From Macrostomum lignano (lineage: Eukaryota), in NCBI GenBank assembly GCA_002269645.1, contig NIVC01004115.1, positions 1-60,027 on the forward strand: 60,027 nt of DNA, in the 5' to 3' direction. Under the pieces are notes generated by a model. The model was given only the letters and a program-made list of their open reading frames with translations, had not been told where the DNA came from and ran no database searches. The first letter of the stretch is position 1. Every line of letters begins with the position of its first letter. The position numbers and the translations under genes were made by a program. Below are positions 1 to 12,300 of the stretch, one piece after another.

Positions 1-3000
1 ACTCGTCCGCAGATGCGCTTGATCACACGTTTTGTCACGCGTCGTCCCTTAATGACTCGGCGTCGGATGATGCGCTTGATCACGCGTCGTATCTGGCGTC
101 GGCCCTTAGTCACTCGTTGCGGACGACTCGTCGGATGATGCGCTTGACCTTGCGGACGCTGCGTTTAATGCGTTTAACGATACGTCGCTTACTCACTCGT
201 CGGCGTCGGCGGCGGACTACTTTTCGGCGGACCACGCGCTTGCGGATCACTCGTCGGCAGATGCGCTTGATCACACGTTTTGTCACGCGTCGTCCCTTAA
301 TGACTCGGCGTCGGATGATGCGCTTGATCACGCGTCGTATCTGCGTCGGCCCTTAGTCACTCGTTTGCGGACGACTCGTCGGATGATGCGCTTGACCTTG
401 CGGACGCTGCGTTTAATGCGTTTAACGATACGTCGCTTACTCACTCGTCGGCGTCGGCGGCGGACTACTTTTCGGCGGACCACGCGCTTGCGGATCACTC
501 GTCGGCAGATGCGCTTGATCACACGTTTTGTCACGCGTCGTCCCTTAATGACTCGGCGTCGGATGATGCGCTTGATCACGCGTCGTATCTTGCGTCGGCC
601 CTTAGTCACTCGTTTGCGGACGACTCGTCGGATGATGCGCTTGACCTTGCGGACGCTGCGTTTAATGCGTTTAACGATACGTCGCTTACTCACTCGTCGG
701 CGTCGGCGGCGGACTACTTTTCGGCGGACCACGCGCTTGCGGATCACTCGTCGGCAGATGCGCTTGATCACACGTTTTGTCACGCGTCGTCCCTTAATGA
801 CTCGGCGTCGGATGATGCGCTTGATCACGCGTCGTATCTTGCGTCGGCCCTTAGTCACTCGTTTGCGGACGACTCGTCGGATGATGCGCTTGACCTTGCG
901 GACGCTGCGTTTAATGCGTTTAACGATACGTCGCTTACTCACTCGTCGGCGTCGGCGGCGGACTACTTTTCGGCGGACCACGCGCTTGCGGATCACTCGT
1001 CGGCAGATGCGCTTGATCACACGTTTTGTCACGCGTCGTCCCTTAATGACTCGGCGTCGGATGATGCGCTTGATCACGCGTCGTATCTGCGTCGGCCCTT
1101 AGTCACTCGTTTGCGGACGACTCGTCGGATGATGCGCTTGACCTTGCGGACGCTGCGTTTAATGCGTTTAACGATACGTCGCTTACTCACTCGTCGGCGT
1201 CGGCGGCGGACTACTTTTCGGCGGACCACGCGCTTGCGGATCACTCGTCGGCAGATGCGCTTGATCACACGTTTTGTCACGCGTCGTCCCTTAATGACTC
1301 GGCGTCGGATGATGCGCTTGATCACGCGTCGTATCTGCGTCGGCCCTTAGTCACTCGTTTGCGGACGACTCGTCGGATGATGCGCTTGACCTTGCGGACG
1401 CTGCGTTTAATGCGTTTAACGATACGTCGCTTACTCACTCGTCGGCGTCGGCGGCGGACTACTTTTCGGCGGACCACGCGCTTGCGGATCACTCGTCGGC
1501 AGATGCGCTTGATCACACGTTTTGTCACGCGTCGTCCCTTAATGACTCGGCGTCGGATGATGCGCTTGATCACGCGTCGTATCTGCGTCGGCCCTTAGTC
1601 ACTCGTTTGCGGACGACTCGTCGGATGATGCGCTTGACCTTGCGGACGCTGCGTTTAATGCGTTTAACGATACGTCGCTTACTCACTCGTCGGCGTCGGC
1701 GGCGGACTACTTTTCGGCGGACCACGCGCTTGCGGATCACTCGTCGGCAGATGCGCTTGATCACACGTTTTGTCACGCGTCGTCCCTTAATGACTCGGCG
1801 TCGGATGATGCGCTTGATCACGCGTCGTATCTGCGTCGGCCCTTAGTCACTCGTTTGCGGACGACTCGTCGGATGATGCGCTTGACCTTGCGGACGCTGC
1901 GTTTAATGCGTTTAACGATACGTCGCTTACTCACTCGTCGGCGTCGGCGGCGGACTACTTTTCGGCGGACCACGCGCTTGCGGATCACTCGTCGGCAGAT
2001 GCGCTTGATCACACGTTTTGTCACGCGTCGTCCCTTAATGACTCGGCGTCGGATGATGCGCTTGATCACGCGTCGTATCTTGCGTCGGCCCTTAGTCACT
2101 CGTTTGCGGACGACTCGTCGGATGATGCGCTTGACCTTGCGGACGCTGCGTTTAATGCGTTTAACGATACGTCGCTTACTCACTCGTCGGCGTCGGCGGC
2201 GGACTACTTTTCGGCGGACCACGCGCTTGCGGATCACTCGTCGGCAGATGCGCTTGATCACACGTTTTGTCACGCGTCGTCCCTTAATGACTCGGCGTCG
2301 GATGATGCGCTTGATCACGCGTCGTATCTTGCGTCGGCCCTTAGTCACTCGTTTGCGGACGACTCGTCGGATGATGCGCTTGACCTTGCGGACGCTGCGT
2401 TTAATGCGTTTAACGATACGTCGCTTACTCACTCGTCGGCGTCGGCGGCGGACTACTTTTCGGCGGACCACGCGCTTGCGGATCACTCGTCGGCAGATGC
2501 GCTTGATCACACGTTTTGTCACGCGTCGTCCCTTAATGACTCGGCGTCGGATGATGCGCTTGATCACGCGTCGTATCTTGCGTCGGCCCTTAGTCACTCG
2601 TTTGCGGACGACTCGTCGGATGATGCGCTTGACCTTGCGGACGCTGCGTTTAATGCGTTTAACGATACGTCGCTTACTCACTCGTCGGCGTCGGCGGCGG
2701 ACTACTTTTCGGCGGACCACGCGCTTGCGGATCACTCGTCGGCAGATGCGCTTGATCACACGTTTTGTCACGCGTCGTCCCTTAATGACTCGGCGTCGGA
2801 TGATGCGCTTGATCACGCGTCGTATCTTGCGTCGGCCCTTAGTCACTCGTTTGCGGACGACTCGTCGGATGATGCGCTTGACCTTGCGGACGCTGCGTTT
2901 AATGCGTTTAACGATACGTCGCTTACTCACTCGTCGGCGTCGGCGGCGGACTACTTTTCGGCGGACCACGCGCTTGCGGATCACTCGTCGGCAGATGCGC

Positions 3001-6000
3001 TTGATCACACGTTTTGTCACGCGTCGTCCCTTAATGACTCGGCGTCGGATGATGCGCTTGATCACGCGTCGTATCTTGCGTCGGCCCTTAGTCACTCGTT
3101 TGCGGACGACTCGTCGGATGATGCGCTTGACCTTGCGGACGCTGCGTTTAATGCGTTTAACGATACGTCGCTTACTCACTCGTCGGCGTCGGCGGCGGAC
3201 TACTTTTCGGCGGACCACGCGCTTGCGGATCACTCGTCGGCAGATGCGCTTGATCACACGTTTTGTCACGCGTCGTCCCTTAATGACTCGGCGTCGGATG
3301 ATGCGCTTGATCACGCGTCGTATCTTGCGTCGGCCCTTAGTCACTCGTTTGCGGACGACTCGTCGGATGATGCGCTTGACCTTGCGGACGCTGCGTTTAA
3401 TGCGTTTAACGATACGTCGCTTACTCACTCGTCGGCGTCGGCGGCGGACTACTTTTCGGCGGACCACGCGCTTGCGGATCACTCGTCGGCAGATGCGCTT
3501 GATCACACGTTTTGTCACGCGTCGTCCCTTAATGACTCGGCGTCGGATGATGCGCTTGATCACGCGTCGTATCTTGCGTCGGCCCTTAGTCACTCGTTTG
3601 CGGACGACTCGTCGGATGATGCGCTTGACCTTGCGGACGCTGCGTTTAATGCGTTTAACGATACGTCGCTTACTCACTCGTCGGCGTCGGCGGCGGACTA
3701 CTTTTCGGCGGACCACGCGCTTGCGGATCACTCGTCGGCAGATGCGCTTGATCACACGTTTTGTCACGCGTCGTCCCTTAATGACTCGGCGTCGGATGAT
3801 GCGCTTGATCACGCGTCGTATCTTGCGTCGGCCCTTAGTCACTCGTTTGCGGACGACTCGTCGGATGATGCGCTTGACCTTGCGGACGCTGCGTTTAATG
3901 CGTTTAACGATACGTCGCTTACTCACTCGTCGGCGTCGGCGGCGGACTACTTTTCGGCGGACCACGCGCTTGCGGATCACTCGTCGGCAGATGCGCTTGA
4001 TCACACGTTTTGTCACGCGTCGTCCCTTAATGACTCGGCGTCGGATGATGCGCTTGATCACGCGTCGTATCTTGCGTCGGCCCTTAGTCACTCGTTTGCG
4101 GACGACTCGTCGGATGATGCGCTTGACCTTGCGGACGCTGCGTTTAATGCGTTTAACGATACGTCGCTTACTCACTCGTCGGCGTCGGCGGCGGACTACT
4201 TTTCGGCGGACCACGCGCTTGCGGATCACTCGTCGGCAGATGCGCTTGATCACACGTTTTGTCACGCGTCGTCCCTTAATGACTCGGCGTCGGATGATGC
4301 GCTTGATCACGCGTCGTATCTTGCGTCGGCCCTTAGTCACTCGTTTGCGGACGACTCGTCGGATGATGCGCTTGACCTTGCGGACGCTGCGTTTAATGCG
4401 TTTAACGATACGTCGCTTACTCACTCGTCGGCGTCGGCGGCGGACTACTTTTCGGCGGACCACGCGCTTGCGGATCACTCGTCGGCAGATGCGCTTGATC
4501 ACACGTTTTGTCACGCGTCGTCCCTTAATGACTCGGCGTCGGATGATGCGCTTGATCACGCGTCGTATCTTGCGTCGGCCCTTAGTCACTCGTTTGCGGA
4601 CGACTCGTCGGATGATGCGCTTGACCTTGCGGACGCTGCGTTTAATGCGTTTAACGATACGTCGCTTACTCACTCGTCGGCGTCGGCGGCGGACTACTTT
4701 TCGGCGGACCACGCGCTTGCGGATCACTCGTCGGCAGATGCGCTTGATCACACGTTTTGTCACGCGTCGTCCCTTAATGACTCGGCGTCGGATGATGCGC
4801 TTGATCACGCGTCGTATCTTGCGTCGGCCCTTAGTCACTCGTTTGCGGACGACTCGTCGGATGATGCGCTTGACCTTGCGGACGCTGCGTTTAATGCGTT
4901 TAACGATACGTCGCTTACTCACTCGTCGGCGTCGGCGGCGGACTACTTTTCGGCGGACCACGCGCTTGCGGATCACTCGTCGGCAGATGCGCTTGATCAC
5001 ACGTTTTGTCACGCGTCGTCCCTTAATGACTCGGCGTCGGATGATGCGCTTGATCACGCGTCGTATCTTGCGTCGGCCCTTAGTCACTCGTTTGCGGACG
5101 ACTCGTCGGATGATGCGCTTGACCTTGCGGACGCTGCGTTTAATGCGTTTAACGATACGTCGCTTACTCACTCGTCGGCGTCGGCGGCGGACTACTTTTC
5201 GGCGGACCACGCGCTTGCGGATCACTCGTCGGCAGATGCGCTTGATCACACGTTTTGTCACGCGTCGTCCCTTAATGACTCGGCGTCGGATGATGCGCTT
5301 GATCACGCGTCGTATCTTGCGTCGGCCCTTAGTCACTCGTTTGCGGACGACTCGTCGGATGATGCGCTTGACCTTGCGGACGCTGCGTTTAATGCGTTTA
5401 ACGATACGTCGCTTACTCACTCGTCGGCGTCGGCGGCGGACTACTTTTCGGCGGACCACGCGCTTGCGGATCACTCGTCGGCAGATGCGCTTGATCACAC
5501 GTTTTGTCACGCGTCGTCCCTTAATGACTCGGCGTCGGATGATGCGCTTGATCACGCGTCGTATCTTGCGTCGGCCCTTAGTCACTCGTTTGCGGACGAC
5601 TCGTCGGATGATGCGCTTGACCTTGCGGACGCTGCGTTTAATGCGTTTAACGATACGTCGCTTACTCACTCGTCGGCGTCGGCGGCGGACTACTTTTCGG
5701 CGGACCACGCGCTTGCGGATCACTCGTCGGCAGATGCGCTTGATCACACGTTTTGTCACGCGTCGTCCCTTAATGACTCGGCGTCGGATGATGCGCTTGA
5801 TCACGCGTCGTATCTTGCGTCGGCCCTTAGTCACTCGTTTGCGGACGACTCGTCGGATGATGCGCTTGACCTTGCGGACGCTGCGTTTAATGCGTTTAAC
5901 GATACGTCGCTTACTCACTCGTCGGCGTCGGCGGCGGACTACTTTTCGGCGGACCACGCGCTTGCGGATCACTCGTCGGCAGATGCGCTTGATCACACGT

Positions 6001-9000
6001 TTTGTCACGCGTCGTCCCTTAATGACTCGGCGTCGGATGATGCGCTTGATCACGCGTCGTATCTTGCGTCGGCCCTTAGTCACTCGTTTGCGGACGACTC
6101 GTCGGATGATGCGCTTGACCTTGCGGACGCTGCGTTTAATGCGTTTAACGATACGTCGCTTACTCACTCGTCGGCGTCGGCGGCGGACTACTTTTCGGCG
6201 GACCACGCGCTTGCGGATCACTCGTCGGCAGATGCGCTTGATCACACGTTTTGTCACGCGTCGTCCCTTAATGACTCGGCGTCGGATGATGCGCTTGATC
6301 ACGCGTCGTATCTTGCGTCGGCCCTTAGTCACTCGTTTGCGGACGACTCGTCGGATGATGCGCTTGACCTTGCGGACGCTGCGTTTAATGCGTTTAACGA
6401 TACGTCGCTTACTCACTCGTCGGCGTCGGCGGCGGACTACTTTTCGGCGGACCACGCGCTTGCGGATCACTCGTCGGCAGATGCGCTTGATCACACGTTT
6501 TGTCACGCGTCGTCCCTTAATGACTCGGCGTCGGATGATGCGCTTGATCACGCGTCGTATCTTGCGTCGGCCCTTAGTCACTCGTTTGCGGACGACTCGT
6601 CGGATGATGCGCTTGACCTTGCGGACGCTGCGTTTAATGCGTTTAACGATACGTCGCTTACTCACTCGTCGGCGTCGGCGGCGGACTACTTTTCGGCGGA
6701 CCACGCGCTTGCGGATCACTCGTCGGCAGATGCGCTTGATCACACGTTTTGTCACGCGTCGTCCCTTAATGACTCGGCGTCGGATGATGCGCTTGATCAC
6801 GCGTCGTATCTTGCGTCGGCCCTTAGTCACTCGTTTGCGGACGACTCGTCGGATGATGCGCTTGACCTTGCGGACGCTGCGTTTAATGCGTTTAACGATA
6901 CGTCGCTTACTCACTCGTCGGCGTCGGCGGCGGACTACTTTTCGGCGGACCACGCGCTTGCGGATCACTCGTCGGCAGATGCGCTTGATCACACGTTTTG
7001 TCACGCGTCGTCCCTTAATGACTCGGCGTCGGATGATGCGCTTGATCACGCGTCGTATCTTGCGTCGGCCCTTAGTCACTCGTTTGCGGACGACTCGTCG
7101 GATGATGCGCTTGACCTTGCGGACGCTGCGTTTAATGCGTTTAACGATACGTCGCTTACTCACTCGTCGGCGTCGGCGGCGGACTACTTTTCGGCGGACC
7201 ACGCGCTTGCGGATCACTCGTCGGCAGATGCGCTTGATCACACGTTTTGTCACGCGTCGTCCCTTAATGACTCGGCGTCGGATGATGCGCTTGATCACGC
7301 GTCGTATCTTGCGTCGGCCCTTAGTCACTCGTTTGCGGACGACTCGTCGGATGATGCGCTTGACCTTGCGGACGCTGCGTTTAATGCGTTTAACGATACG
7401 TCGCTTACTCACTCGTCGGCGTCGGCGGCGGACTACTTTTCGGCGGACCACGCGCTTGCGGATCACTCGTCGGCAGATGCGCTTGATCACACGTTTTGTC
7501 ACGCGTCGTCCCTTAATGACTCGGCGTCGGATGATGCGCTTGATCACGCGTCGTATCTTGCGTCGGCCCTTAGTCACTCGTTTGCGGACGACTCGTCGGA
7601 TGATGCGCTTGACCTTGCGGACGCTGCGTTTAATGCGTTTAACGATACGTCGCTTACTCACTCGTCGGCGTCGGCGGCGGACTACTTTTCGGCGGACCAC
7701 GCGCTTGCGGATCACTCGTCGGCAGATGCGCTTGATCACACGTTTTGTCACGCGTCGTCCCTTAATGACTCGGCGTCGGATGATGCGCTTGATCACGCGT
7801 CGTATCTTGCGTCGGCCCTTAGTCACTCGTTTGCGGACGACTCGTCGGATGATGCGCTTGACCTTGCGGACGCTGCGTTTAATGCGTTTAACGATACGTC
7901 GCTTACTCACTCGTCGGCGTCGGCGGCGGACTACTTTTCGGCGGACCACGCGCTTGCGGATCACTCGTCGGCAGATGCGCTTGATCACACGTTTTGTCAC
8001 GCGTCGTCCCTTAATGACTCGGCGTCGGATGATGCGCTTGATCACGCGTCGTATCTTGCGTCGGCCCTTAGTCACTCGTTTGCGGACGACTCGTCGGATG
8101 ATGCGCTTGACCTTGCGGACGCTGCGTTTAATGCGTTTAACGATACGTCGCTTACTCACTCGTCGGCGTCGGCGGCGGACTACTTTTCGGCGGACCACGC
8201 GCTTGCGGATCACTCGTCGGCAGATGCGCTTGATCACACGTTTTGTCACGCGTCGTCCCTTAATGACTCGGCGTCGGATGATGCGCTTGATCACGCGTCG
8301 TATCTTGCGTCGGCCCTTAGTCACTCGTTTGCGGACGACTCGTCGGATGATGCGCTTGACCTTGCGGACGCTGCGTTTAATGCGTTTAACGATACGTCGC
8401 TTACTCACTCGTCGGCGTCGGCGGCGGACTACTTTTCGGCGGACCACGCGCTTGCGGATCACTCGTCGGCAGATGCGCTTGATCACACGTTTTGTCACGC
8501 GTCGTCCCTTAATGACTCGGCGTCGGATGATGCGCTTGATCACGCGTCGTATCTTGCGTCGGCCCTTAGTCACTCGTTTGCGGACGACTCGTCGGATGAT
8601 GCGCTTGACCTTGCGGACGCTGCGTTTAATGCGTTTAACGATACGTCGCTTACTCACTCGTCGGCGTCGGCGGCGGACTACTTTTCGGCGGACCACGCGC
8701 TTGCGGATCACTCGTCGGCAGATGCGCTTGATCACACGTTTTGTCACGCGTCGTCCCTTAATGACTCGGCGTCGGATGATGCGCTTGATCACGCGTCGTA
8801 TCTTGCGTCGGCCCTTAGTCACTCGTTTGCGGACGACTCGTCGGATGATGCGCTTGACCTTGCGGACGCTGCGTTTAATGCGTTTAACGATACGTCGCTT
8901 ACTCACTCGTCGGCGTCGGCGGCGGACTACTTTTCGGCGGACCACGCGCTTGCGGATCACTCGTCGGCAGATGCGCTTGATCACACGTTTTGTCACGCGT

Positions 9001-9350
9001 CGTCCCTTAATGACTCGGCGTCGGATGATGCGCTTGATCACGCGTCGTATCTTGCGTCGGCCCTTAGTCACTCGTTTGCGGACGACTCGTCGGATGATGC
9101 GCTTGACCTTGCGGACGCTGCGTTTAATGCGTTTAACGATACGTCGCTTACTCACTCGTCGGCGTCGGCGGCGGACTACTTTTCGGCGGACCACGCGCTT
9201 GCGGATCACTCGTCGGCAGATGCGCTTGATCACACGTTTTGTCACGCGTCGTCCCTTAATGACTCGGCGTCGGATGATGCGCTTGATCACGCGTCGTATC
9301 TTGCGTCGGCCCTTAGTCACTCGTTTGCGGACGACTCGTCGGATGATGCG
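1..9350 (-). repeat. 249-bp coding tandem array (~37.5 units, running off the window start)
   Basis: Units appear identical by eye. Five units carry a single-T deletion (gtatctgcg instead of gtatcttgcg at ~342, 1088, 1336, 1584, 1832), and there are two further differences near 95 and 117. Confidence 0.98.
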
Positions 9351-12300
9351 CTTGATATTGCGACACTTGCAGATCATGTTTCCGTGAATTGTTACTGGGC
9401 TTCTGCGTTTTTGGATTTGGATGGGCTTTTTTGCTATTTTAGCCGCCCTTCGGGATATGAATCCTTTTCTGAAGAAAGCGCGTTTAACAAGCCTTAGTCT
9501 GCGTTTTGTCAGTGGCTTCTTTTTTAGCTTTCGCATGACTTTTCGCTGGAACCTTTTGTTAATCTTTCTGAGCTTTTTACCGAATCGCGTCTTTGCCTTG
9601 ACTATCCTCTTTTTGAATCGCTGAACTCTGCGCTGGAGTCTGGCCTTGTACCTGAGGCGCATCTTTTGAAGAAACTTCTGGTACAACTGCTTCTTCTCTC
9701 GCAGCCTCTGGCGGTAGAGACGCAGCTTCATCAGCAGCAGCTTAGTCTTGTAGCGGGCCTTGTAGATCCGCTTGGCAGCAGCCATGATTTTGCGCTTATC
9801 GATGGCGCACTTCTCAGGCGACCGCTTTGTAGCTGGAAACGCGGGTTTCTGGTTGTTGGCACAAGGTTTATAAAATAATTTTTATCATATTTAAAGCTGA
9901 GATTGGCAGCTTAGTAGTCTTTTGTCTACCTCTGAATATGTAGATTGGCAACTGCGACAAAACTACGTACTATATAACGTTGTGCTTTCTTTTTTTGAAA
10001 ACAACGGGCCTTGGATTTGATTGCGTCCCATATTTTGACATTCTGTGGCAACGCCAGCTGGAAAGCTCAAACTATTTGAATAAGCTCAGATTCCATTCGA
10101 CAAATTACAGCTTGTTTTTTTGACAAAGGGGATGTTAAACTTAAGAGTCAAATCCGACCACTTTAGCATTTGGGATCTGTATGGGGAGAGGGCCGGCAGC
10201 TCGGACAGGTGGGGCGCCTCCAGTTGCTGTTGGGCCAGTGTGGGGATGAGATGGACTACGGCTCAGGGTTGGTGTTGGGGTTCAGGGACAAGCTTAGGGT
10301 TTATGGAATGGAGTTTAGGGTTCAAGGGATGGAGTTTAGGGTTCAGGTGGTGGAGTTTAGGGTTCAGGTGGTGGAGTTTAGGGTTCAGGTGGTGGAGTTT
10401 AGGGTTCAGGTGGTGGAGTTTAGGGTTCAGGTGGTGGAGTTTAGGGTTCAGGTGGTGGAGTTTAGGGTTTTGTCTCTTCTGGACACGGAGAAATGGGATA
10501 AATTGGGATTTCATGTGATCGGAAAACTTTCCTGTGTTATTTTGAGTTGAATATGTTTTCATTGTGTTTTCCAGGACTCCAGTATACAGCCCTTTATGAA
10601 ACATTGTACCAAAACTTGTCGTTAGTTACGCAAGAATGTAAGGCATGCACGTTTAGGAGTGACGGAAGAATGTTAAGCGTTAAGTTGTGGTTTTTCACGT
10701 GGAATCCCCATTTATCCAATTTCTCCCCACAGAGATCCCCAAATGCTAAAGTGGTCGGGCTTTCTGCATAACGGGAGATGTTTGGCTCCAAATGAAGGGA
10801 TTGGCGTAGAGAAATCGGGACCCAATTATTCAGGCTCCATTTTGACTCCTAAGTTTACATCCTCTTTAGTCTTTATTGACAGTAAATTGTCAGAAAAGGT
10901 TGAAGTTGTCAATTTCCTGTGCCCGTTTTCTTAAAAAAGGAACAATATAAGGAGATCCCATAGATTAGGCTCTTGCATAATCTATGGAAAAAGATACACG
11001 AGCGACACGAGACTGGCCACGTATCACTACTTGGTGTGCGCTTGCTGGGCTTCATAAAAGGAATAACATTTCCACTATTTCTGCTCCAGCGCTACGGATG
11101 CCGTCAGATAGTTATGGGTCTCACTGTGCTTGGTACTCCTACTTTAGTTGCAAATAGAAGGCTTGGATTTCAAGGCGAGCGTTTGAGCTGGACACTCTTG
11201 GACTGCATTTGAGTACGAGGCATCAGGGCACCGTTGGGAAAGAGGCGGCCGTGTTCTAACGGAACTCACCCGCTTTGAAGCCGGTTTTGAGAATCAGGTT
11301 GCGCCAGAACCCTCCGCAGGTCTGCACGCGGGATCCGTTGCACGGCTTGTTGCACTCCGAGCCCTGGGCGCGGCCATGCCTACCGTAGCTGTTGCCGCAC
11401 CGGCACTCGTTGCCGTTCTGCACTCCAGCGTAGCTGAACCGCAGCTTGAAGCACTGGGCAGCGCAGGCCGCAGGCGTCACGGAGCCCAGCCTGGCCAGCT
11501 TGGGCAGGTCGCGCGGCTTCGCCTTGTCCTTGAAGCAGCCGACGCTGGGCGGCTTCTTGATTGCCTCTGCGAGGATTTGTTGTGTTACTGAGTTAGGGGG
11601 GGGGCTTTCTCACCCGGGGATTTCGGTCGCGGTGGACACACTGTAGGGAAATTCCAGTCCTACAGTGAACATCCCAGAAAGACCGGCATTATTAGCAGTG
11701 TATAAAAACCTGTTGCGATAGAAAAGAACAGGAAAGAGTGTCCAATGCGGGGGAAGAAGCGTCCAAGGCGGGGGAAAGAGTGTCTAAGGGGAGGGAGTGT
11801 CCGAAAGACAGGAAAGATGCCCAAAGGACCAGAGGACAGGAAGTGTCCAAAGAACAGGACAGGACGCAGTGGAACATTTAGCATGCATTTACCGGTATGT
11901 ATATGAGATTCGCCAATAGGCAAGAGATGTCTAAGAGCGATTGAAACAAAGGACACAGTGGAACATTTAGCATGCATTTACCGGTATGCATGAGATTCGC
12001 CAATAGGCAAGAGATGTCTAAGAGCGATTGAAACAAAGGACGCAGTGGAACATTTAGCATGCATTTACCGGTATGTATATGAGATTCGCCAATAGGCAAG
12101 AGATGTCTAAGAGCGATTGAAACAAAGGACGCAGTGGAACATTTAGCATGCATTTACCGGTATGTATATGAGATTCGCCAATAGGCAAGAGATGTCTAAG
12201 AGCGATTGAAACAAAGGACGCAGTGGAACATTTAGCATGCATTTACCGGTATGTATATGAGATTCGCCAATAGGCAAGAGATGTCTAAGAGCGATTGAAA

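Noticed and set aside
110-1846. Short 73-249 aa R-rich ORFs as separate genes
   Set aside because: They are fragments of the same array created by 1-bp indels.
1818-9785. Calling the 2655-aa ORF a protamine or sperm nuclear basic protein starting at MAAAK
   Set aside because: The frame is open upstream to a good acceptor at 9833 that joins in phase to WSC and signal-peptide exons, which points to secretion rather than a nuclear role.
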